Source of the DNA: Octopus vulgaris
Taxonomy: Eukaryota
NCBI GenBank assembly: GCA_951406725.2
Contig: OX597818.1
Span: 18,538,001-18,602,000 of the forward strand
DNA: 64,000 nt
Direction: 5' to 3'
Each line of letters starts with the position of its first letter. The first letter of the stretch is position 1. A program made the position numbers and the translations under genes. Of this stretch, positions 55,039 through 64,000 are shown piece after piece. Below the pieces are notes generated by a model. It had not been told where the DNA came from and did not search any database. It was given only the letters and a program-made list of their open reading frames with translations.

Positions 55039-55662
55039 AAAAAGAATGCAAATAATAAAACGTGCAAATCAGTTGGAATTTCATTGATTAATTTATTCTT
55101 CTATACACAATCATATAAACCCTTACGGTGTGTGTAATGAAGTAATGTTCTCATTCTTGTATTAAAAAATATGTACGACACAGCCTTAATGAGCCGACAA
55201 TTATCCATCGCCTGTTATTATTCATTTTATTATGATACACCAATCAAGGAGGCGAGAAAAGAGAAAGACAGGAACAGTGAAGTACAAAGTAAGAAAGGCA
55301 AAGGAATGTGAGAGAGAATGTTGAAGTCGTACAAAGTTTAGTGGAATGTGTACTTACATATAAGAGAATAAGGTGTACGTACGCTGAAATAATATATATA
55401 TATATATATATAAATACAAAATGGGACAAGAACGCAAAACATTCAAATACACGATACAAAAAATACAGACGGGTCATTCGAAGCCTCTAATCTTCAGTCA
55501 AGAACCGGATCATCCTCGCAATTTCGGCTGATTAATCTTGAGATTGCTCCGATCTGGCCAACCCCAAGGAAAAACTAAGCTACGAGTATTAGATTTCTTG
55601 GAAAAAGGATCGAATATATACGAAACAAGGACAGAAAAACGGACGATGTTACACGAATATAA

Positions 55663-55697
<35 letters not shown>

Positions 55698-55775
55698 TAA
55701 TAATAATATATATTTACAACATAGTTGCAATATAAACCACACACACACATAACACACACACACACAGGGCTTTTG

Positions 55776-55836
<61 letters not shown>

Positions 55837-55844
55837 GCACCCAT

Positions 55845-57150
55845 ATTGTCAATACCCTTTTGCCACTTCATCGGTAGCTTGTCCCGCCCGGCCTGTAAAA
55901 GCCTGGTATTCTGAAGTCGTGGAATTGTCTTGGAAGGCCAGTTTTACAGCATCATCGGAATTAAATTTTCCCATCAAGAAGTTATCCAAATTGTATCTAA
56001 GGACTTTTCATGAAAAGCAGCAAAAATAATGATTCCAGATTCTAAATAACTTGGAAGCTTTGAAAAGCAACAATTAAGATCTAAATTATGAGAGTCTTTT
56101 GTCTAATATTCAAAAACCAAATGTAAGGAACCAGATATATAAAAATTGCAACATGGAAAGATAAACTAAAATATAGAATTACAGATCAGGTGAATATGGT
56201 GGATGATGAAGAACTTCCAACTTCAACTATTGTAGTTTCACTTATGTCATTTTTGCGATGTGTGGTCTGGCGTTGTCATGTAATAAAATAGGAGTGGATC
56301 TGTTGATAAATCTAGGCTGTTTTTTGTAAGTTTCTGTATCATTTGGTCCAGTTGGCTGCAATTGATAAGTCAGGTTTAATGAAATCATAATGAATGACAC
56401 CTGCGCCAGACCACCAAACACACACCATCAGCATCTTTTGATGAAATTTGCTTTTTGAACTGTGTTTTGGTGGCTCGTCTTTGTCCAACCATTGTGTTGA
56501 ACGCTTACGGTTGTTGTATTGGATCCATTTCTCATCACATGTTAAAATTCGATTAAAAGTATGATAATGCAGGCTTCATAATGTTGTTATTTCTGATTTC
56601 ATTCAGTTCATGCAGAACACACTTATCGAACTTTTTCACTTTTCCAATTTAAACTAAGTGAGTCAATATTGTTTGTTTGCTAATACCAAACATCAATGAT
56701 AATACACGGGCACGTTGAGATGGATCTGACTCGACGGTGGCTTCCAGATTGTCATTATCCACCTTTGTTTCTGATCGACCGCGTTGCTCATTTGTGAGGT
56801 TAAAGTTACCAGAAAGAAATTTTGCAAACCAATTTGATATTGTCTGCTGTATAATAACAATAGAATGAAATATTTCATAAATATTCCGAGTTGTCTGTGA
56901 TGCTGTATCTTCGAGGAAGAACTCATATTTCATAACGGTACGAATTTACGATTTATCCATCTCTAAACAAAAATAACAAAACACGATTTATAAATACTTT
57001 ATAAAGTGCAAAATGAGTTAGAATAAAGAAATAGATGTGTCAGCTTTCTAACAAAAACTAAAGATTGTCGAAATATAATAATGGCTTAAATGAGCAACTG
57101 TCAAAATCTACCATATACCTTACTACAAATTTCATATTTGACGACCTAAT
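55845..57150 (-). mobile_element. mariner transposon, decayed
   Basis: N-terminal HTH KYEF...TASQTTRNIYEIF...NWFAKFLSGNFNLTNEQRGR; internal cttcatcatccaccatattcacctgatctg (LHHPPYSPDL); end ttaggtcgtcaaatatgaa. Confidence 0.85.
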
Positions 57151-57529
57151 ATATATATATGTATGGACCAGAACAGATTGATTTAAATTCTGTGATTATT
57201 AATGCTTCAAAGTCCCTAACACACACACACTCTCACACACACACACACATACACACACACACACACACACACTCATATACATGCACACACAAACACATAA
57301 TGCATTATGCAGTACGATCGTTTCAAGCAACTCCATTTAATTGAACAATGCAATCATTATATCAATTTAAATGCAGAGCAATCCTCAGCTGCATAAAGAC
57401 AGAATTAGATAAAATTAAAACAGATGGACACATTATAATTTTACTTGAAACCTCCAAGAAGGTAAGGAGATTGACAAAGAACTGCTGTCTTCACTTCAGC
57501 TTAGAAGCTAGTAAGTACCTAATTTATCT

Positions 57530-57531
57530 GA

Positions 57532-57611
<80 letters not shown>

Positions 57612-57663
57612 GTCTGTCTGACTGTCTGACTGTCTGTCAGTCTGTCTGTCTATCTCTATCTAC

Positions 57664-57747
<84 letters not shown>

Positions 57748-57750
57748 ACA
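57530..57750. repeat. (TCTA)n/(TCTG)n microsatellite
   Basis: Directly visible. Confidence 0.95.
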
Positions 57751-57789
57751 TATATATTATATATCTACGCGCGCGCACACACACGCGAA

Positions 57790-58690
57790 TATCCTTGGTG
57801 AAGAAGAACTTCGTGGCCAGGTTTCCTCCACTTCCTGGAGCGTCATTAGTGAAACGTGTGGTCGAGCATAGTCATGAATGATTGAAATGCTTCTGTTGAT
57901 CAGTCTGGGACGGAGGAGTAAGATTTTCCTTCACTTTGCTAATTTCATGGCAATATGTATCTGTAGTAATGGTTTTTCCCGGTTTTAAGAAGTTATAGTG
58001 GATGAGTCCAGCAGTACACCACCAAATAGTCACCATAACGTTCCTTTTTAAGTGCTCGATTTGAGGGAAGGTTTTCCGTCCTTCATTTTGGTCCAACCAC
58101 TGCGAAGAACGTTTCTTTATTATTGTATAGAATCCACTTTTCATCGTAAGGTTGAGATATGGATCGGTTTGGTTACGGAGAAAAAGTGACGAGCAAATTT
58201 CATATCTGCGCATTTTCAGATTATCATTCAAATCGTGTGGTACCCACTTATCAAGCGCTTTTGATTTTCTGATCGCATGCAAATGGTTGCACGCAGTTTA
58301 CTTGCTAACGTGAATGTCTTTTGCCAGTTCCAAGGTGGTTTTACGTGAATCTTTCTCAATGACGGTCTTTAATTGTCCGTCATCGATAACAGATGGGCAA
58401 GCACTACGCCCACGATCGTCAAAGCTAGGTCTCCACTGCAAAATCGTTTAAACCATTTTTGAGCTGAATAGCAAAATTGCTCGAATATCGTGCGTTGACA
58501 GTTCCATTTCAGTTGATTATAATAACGGTGTAAAAATATCAATGTTAATTTATTGATGCATTTGGGCAAGTCTATGTCTGTATTATCGAACAATTGCGAA
58601 AATATGTTTTTTAAAAATCCCAAACTCTGCAAAAATCCAGTACAAATTCTTCATAGTTCACAAACGTCGCTTACTTTTTACTCAACCTGA
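57790..58690 (-). mobile_element. mariner transposon 5' portion, decayed
   Basis: LDKWVPHDL motif, VMVTIWWCTAGLIHYNFLKPGKTIT; end tcaggttgagtaaaaagtaagcgacg. Confidence 0.9.
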
Positions 58691-59450
58691 TATATAAATA
58701 TTTCATATTACGTAAAGGGAAATCGCCGCAAATCTTATTGGAATTACTTCGCATGCATATTATATCATGTTATTTGCACCAGTTTGCAGTTACTATCCTG
58801 GTTGGCAAACAGAATAACAGAACATAGATTATACAATATAAGTTTAGATTTTAAATACTGACTTTTAGTAAGAAACAATTGGATTTATTTATCTCAATAC
58901 TAAATTTAGCACGCTGTGATGTAAGACGTCTATTTGCCTTAGACAGGCATTAATTTCCCTCGCCAATTGCAATGACCATTAACAAAACAAAAGGTCAGTC
59001 ATTCACTCAGATTGAAATACATCTGCTTTCTCCCGTCTCATCTCGCTGGAAATTCAACGTTGTAATCATTAAAATTACAAACAGAAATAATATGAACGGG
59101 CACAGAGAAAAATTAATGTTCAGAACTACATTTTACTCATCTGAGTTATATTAAATACAGTCGTCACCACCTCTTTCTCCTCATTATTGTTGCATATTTA
59201 CTTCACGGTAAACGGCGAAATTCTCGGTTTGTGTGTTAAAGCTAATAATATTTAACGGAAAAGTAAGTTTTTATTTTTCACTTCTCTAAATTTTCCAATT
59301 GCCAATTCTGTTGCATCGTGTAAATATCTGCATTCAATATTACATGTAGTTTTTCTACATTTTATCTTTATATTATTATCACTTTCAATACATTTAAACA
59401 TTAATCGCCTGTACTGACGGTACGGGTGCAGTACAATATACACACATACA

Positions 59451-59582
<132 letters not shown>

Positions 59583-59639
59583 CATATATATATATCGAGA
59601 GAGAGAGAGAGAGTGATGATTGGAAAGAAGAGTCACCTA

Positions 59640-60500
59640 ATCACCACATCTGCAGTGGTACTGCAGTAGAAAGAGTGGGTTTTGTGTACAGTGCAAGAGC
59701 CAATCTGTCAGTGAGAGGAATCATACCTCTCTCCCCAGCCTATAGTCCAACCGAGGGGAACTGTGATGAGGGGTGCAGAGGAGTTCCATGAAGAAGTGTT
59801 TAGAACTGCCAACAGTACACCAGCTCATAACATCCTACTTGTTCTGAGTGACCTCAATGCACATCTGAGTAAGGAGAGCGGTGAGGATCCTTACTGGTAC
59901 TTCCATAACAAAACCAACCAAAATGGGAGACTACTGAAGAACACCCTGCTGGAGGCGAACTTGATGGCAACGAACCCAAGGTTCAGGAAGAAACCGGGGA
60001 CAATGTAGACCTACATTTCTGATACGCACCTGTCCAAGTTCCAGATTGATTTCATTTTGGTGAGGAAGAGGTGGCGGAATACTGTTCTGAACACAGAGCC
60101 ATACAACTATTTCAATATACTGAGCAATGACCACCGGCTTGTTATGAGTAAGGCCGGGTAAGAAAGAGTAAGGCTCACCTCCGGAGGACAATCTATGACT
60201 GGGGAGCTTTCAAGGAAAATGATAATCTACAGTAGAGGTACACAATAGAAGTGAGGAGCAGGTTCAGTGCTCTGTGTGGAGAGGCAGACGAGAGAGAGAG
60301 AGAGAGAGGGGGGATTGGAGGGACTAAGGAGAGTGTGACGAGGAAGTACGGGTATTTCACCAAAGCGGTGGCAGAAGCAAGTGAAGTCCTGGTGCTGAGG
60401 AGACAGCAGAAGAGAGGAACGTCAACTCTGCAGACCCGAAGGTGTGTGCAGCTAGAGAACATGTATGAAAGCTGCCAAGGACCAATTACTTGCTGATCCT
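59640..60500 (+). mobile_element. RTE-like LINE fragment: apurinic/apyrimidinic endonuclease domain, decayed
   Basis: AYSPT, ILLVLSDLNAHL, NQNGRLL, TNPRFRKK and QIDFILVRKRWRN...SNDHRLV motifs. Confidence 0.85.
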
Positions 60501-60644
60501 ACGGAGGAGAGTTTACTCTTATTTTAGCATAAGCGGTGCTAGTCAGCACCATCCGTCACTTTTCTGACCTCTGTTAATTTTGCCTTTAGATTCTAATTGC
60601 TAATAAACCATACTTTTAATTTGTTATATGTGTGTGTGCGCGTG

Positions 60645-60723
<79 letters not shown>

Positions 60724-60729
<6 letters not shown>

Positions 60730-60910
60730 AATGAAGAAAATCGACAAATAATTGAAGTAATTTAAGTAATTTAATTAGTGAAAGTTCTTTTTCGTTCGCA
60801 TTTGTTATGCTTATCAAAATATGATAAGCATAACAAATGCGCTAAAAAGAACTTTCTACCTAATTATCTATAAATTACTTCTATTATTTGTCAGCTTTCT
60901 TCTATCTTTT
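60724..60910. repeat. Inverted duplication of the 2132-2300 repeat; perfect 20-bp central stem
   Basis: cgcatttgttatgcttatca-aaata-tgataagcataacaaatgcg (60797-60841), with imperfect pairing further out; flanked by (TA)n. Confidence 0.9.
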
Positions 60911-60915
60911 ATATA

Positions 60916-61051
<136 letters not shown>

Positions 61052-61071
61052 TATAGATGGATGGATTGATG

Positions 61072-61110
<39 letters not shown>

Positions 61111-61119
61111 GGATTGATG

Positions 61120-61205
<86 letters not shown>

Positions 61206-61549
61206 GATTTCAAATTTTGGCATAAGTCTAACAATTTCCGAGGAGCGGGCAAGTCGATTAAATCCGCCCAGTACTCAACTGGTACTTATTTTATCGATTC
61301 CGAAAGGATTATCTAAAAGATTATCTAAAAGAGAAATGTTTCGATGCTTAAATTCGCTGCGCTTGAACATCCTCTTTGCATTCATCTTTTCCAGAAAGGT
61401 GTTAGGGTTAGGGATATCATTAGATATTTCTTGCTCGTGTGAATCAAGTCACTCTAATATATCTTCATCTATTTTCTTAACCCCAACCCTTTGTGACAGA
61501 CTAACAATTTCCTAATGAATGATTAATATAATACGCTGAAATTTCTGGA

Positions 61550-61668
61550 GTTTGCAAATATATCACGTTGAATGCACTGGTTCTCTTCCGATCACCGATG
61601 TCAAACAACGCTGAGCTTAGAAAGTACTTAGATGGGTGACCGCTTGAGAAACCTAGGTACTGTACAGA
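61550..61668 (+). pseudogene. 5S rRNA pseudogene (full length, diverged)
   Basis: gtttgcaaatatatcacgttgaatgcactggttctcttccgatcaccgatgtcaaacaacgctgagcttagaaagtacttagatgggtgaccgcttgagaaacctaggtactgtacaga aligns over ~119 nt to invertebrate 5S rRNA (CCGATCACCGAAGTTAAGC, AGTACTTGGATGGGTGACCGCCTGGGAA) with many substitutions. Confidence 0.85.
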
Positions 61669-61680
61669 TCTCACATACAT

Positions 61681-62090
61681 AGGCCCAGGCGCGGCTGAGT
61701 GCTAAGTAGTTTGTTTCCCAACCACAGATTCCGAGTTCAGTCCCACTGTGTGGACCCTTGAGCAAGCGTGTCTTAAAATAGTCTCGGACTACTAAAGCCA
61801 TGTGAGTGGATTTTGTAGACGGAAACTGAAAGAAACCTGTCATACCTGAATGTATATATATTTGTGGTGTGTGTCTCTTTGTGTTTGAGTTTGTTTCCCA
61901 CCATCGCATGACACCTAGTGTTGGTGCGTTTATGTCCCTATGACTTAGCCGTTCGACAAATGAAATCGATAGTATGCAGTACCAAGCTTAAAAACATAAG
62001 CACTGGGGTGGATTCTTTCGAGTAAAACAATTCAAGGCAGAGTCCCAGCATGGCTGCAGTACAAAGATTAAAACTAGTAAACGATAAAAA
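61681..62090 (+). mobile_element. SINE family 2, degenerate full length
   Basis: Head aggcccaggcgcggctgagtgctaagtag...gagttcagtcccactg; tail cagcatggctgcagt. Confidence 0.8.
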
Positions 62091-62149
62091 GAAATAAACG
62101 ATAGATTTAACTCCAGACAAATTTCATTATAACTCTTTCCATTCTTATC

Positions 62150-62510
62150 ATATTTCTCCATTTCTTTACAGCACAATAAGCTTCACTATCCACCAACTAT
62201 AATCAATAGCTCAACAGTGCGTTGTAAACAAAAGTAGACTTTCAATGTGAAAATAATCCTCTGGTCCATTAGCTGAATCAAACCGGTTGTGTATGGGGAC
62301 AGACAAGTTCCTGGAACATTATTTGTCTAGTCACTCAGTTTCGGTGTGAGGCTCAGAGTACATTCTACAAAATCAAGGGTCTGTTTTCAAAATCAGTGAA
62401 TTCTATTGTTGTAATGTGTGCGAATTACGTAATATGTCGTGTTCTACGTCATAACCAGGATGTCAGTGACTATCATTAACATACAGTATGACAAACGAGG
62501 TTTTCAGTAA
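62150..62510 (-). mobile_element. pogo/Tigger-type transposase fragment
   Basis: Minus strand CLSPYTTGLIQLMDQRIIFTLKVYF matches the LPPNTTSLIQPMDQGII..FK..Y motif. Confidence 0.7.
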
Positions 62511-62844
62511 AGTACAAATGTTACCTATACATACATGCATACAAACATACATACATACATAAATACATACATACATAAATACATACATACACACACACAT
62601 ATATATATATATAGATGTATATATAAATGTGTATATATATATATATATATATATAAGTTTTTTATTAAAATTTTATGTATTGATTAAGTATTTCCTTGTT
62701 TCCAAATTTGCAAAATAGTGGTTTTGTCTAGACGCTAATGTAAGCTAGTGGGTGTGGGTGTGCGCGTGTGTGTGTGTGTAGGCTGCGTGTGTGTGTGTGT
62801 GTGTGTGGTGTGCGTATATCGAATATAACCATATCCAAGTAGCA

Positions 62845-63235
62845 GAAAGATAAACAGTAAGGTGTGATTTGAGGAGATATTTCTAAAGCTGCCATGTAGG
62901 GCCTCATAGGCCTACATACATATATACATAGATAAGACAGTAGGTGTGATTTGGGGAAATTTCTGCTATTTCTACCAGGTCTAGCTGCCATGTAGGGTCT
63001 CATAGGCTCATACATACATATATACATAGATAAGACAGTAGGTGATGAATTTGGCTGCTATTTCTACCATAGGGGTCTCCTCATAGTGTGATTTGGGGAA
63101 TTTTGCTATTTCTACCAGGTCTAGCACATGTAGAGGTCCCCCTCATTGGCTCATAATATATCATACATAAGACAGTAAGGTGTGATTTGAGGGAGATTTG
63201 GCTGCTGTTTCTACCAGTCTGTTAGGCCTTCTCAT
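62845..63235. repeat. Degenerate tandem repeat, variable ~55-100-bp units
   Basis: Recurring agataagacagtaggtgtgatttgggga...gctatttctaccaggtctag...catgtagggtctcataggc, about five units. Confidence 0.8.
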
Positions 63236-63522
63236 GTAAACTCAAGCTTCTCATGCATGAACATAGACCAAAGCAGAGAATTATTTTTTATTCTTCTGCT
63301 TTTTCCAGCCATTGTCTGTGGCCATGCTGGGCAATGCCTTGAAGAATTGTAGTTTAATGAATCAACTCACTTTTATTTTTGTAAGCATTGTCATTCTATC
63401 TGTTTCCTTTGTCAAACCACTAGGTGACAGGGATGTAACAAACCATATTCGTGTCAAGCAGGTGGAGGACAATCACAAGCACAGACACGCACACACACAC
63501 ATACATGCATACACATATACAC

Positions 63523-63553
<31 letters not shown>

Positions 63554-63571
63554 TATGTGTGTATATATATA

Positions 63572-63790
63572 TTGCAGCGGAAGGTGTTTGTCCATTTAAG
63601 AAACACACAAAACGTTACATTCTAACATTTTTTTTTGCAAATATCGTTTTGAGACCGCGACCTGTTCACTGACAAAAATCGTGCTAACGGTCGCGGTCTC
63701 AAACGATGAAAATATTTTGACAAATAAATTTAAGTGAATCTACGTTTTTTGTGTTTCTTAAATGGCTTATAAACACCTTCAACGCTGCAA
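63572..63790. mobile_element. Foldback-type MITE (whole element palindromic)
   Basis: ttgcagcggaaggtgttt...ccatttaagaaacaca pairs with tgtgtttcttaaatgg...aaacaccttcaacgctgcaa; inner tttgagaccgcgacc pairs with ggtcgcggtctcaaa. Confidence 0.75.
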
Positions 63791-64000
63791 CTGTTTTCGT
63801 TCCAGCACACGATCTCAGATCAAATCACTTGCTATGCAAGTACATCTCTGTAACTATATATATATTTATATATATATATATATGTATATTGGTAAAAACA
63901 GTAAGATAACAAAAGAAAGAAAGAGACCTCAATATTATGTAAATAGAGGAAATCTTTTATATAAAAGTGAGGTTGTGTGTCTGTCTCCTACGATTTAGAT

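Noticed and set aside
55410-55655. Dispersed repeat (also 25800-25915) with CTGAAGA and GAAA words on the minus strand
   Set aside because: Could not build stem I, stem II and an NUH site in the correct order, so it was not counted as a hammerhead.

Overview
AT-rich, microsatellite-saturated, non-coding animal DNA. The SINE families and repeat style suggest an octopod cephalopod (inference from repeat recognition, not tested). No intact protein-coding gene is visible, and nearly all listed ORFs are translations of simple repeats. Recognisable content: (1) many tRNA-derived SINEs of at least three families; (2) decayed DNA transposons (Chapaev3/CMC, several Tc1/mariner, pogo/Tigger, hAT, MITEs); (3) decayed retroelements (R4/Dong with a restriction-like endonuclease, two of them stacked in TAA microsatellites; L1/Tx1; RTE-like; a Penelope-like RT); (4) a 5S rRNA pseudogene; (5) a possible first exon of a minus-strand gene near 8.5-9.9 kb. 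The most striking unexplained signal is about ten minimal type I hammerhead-ribozyme motifs in five to six unrelated short repeat families, mostly embedded in or beside (TA)n tracts. Some form inverted pairs, one lies in a ~346-nt partial tandem (retrozyme-like), and three families carry the compensatory U3:A8 core instead of C3:G8. A second notable structure is a hAT transposase interrupted at the same point by a Foldback/MULE-like insert, present as two very diverged inverted copies (~38.8-40.1 kb and ~45.6-49.1 kb). All alignments and folds were done by eye, and boundaries of decayed elements are approximate.
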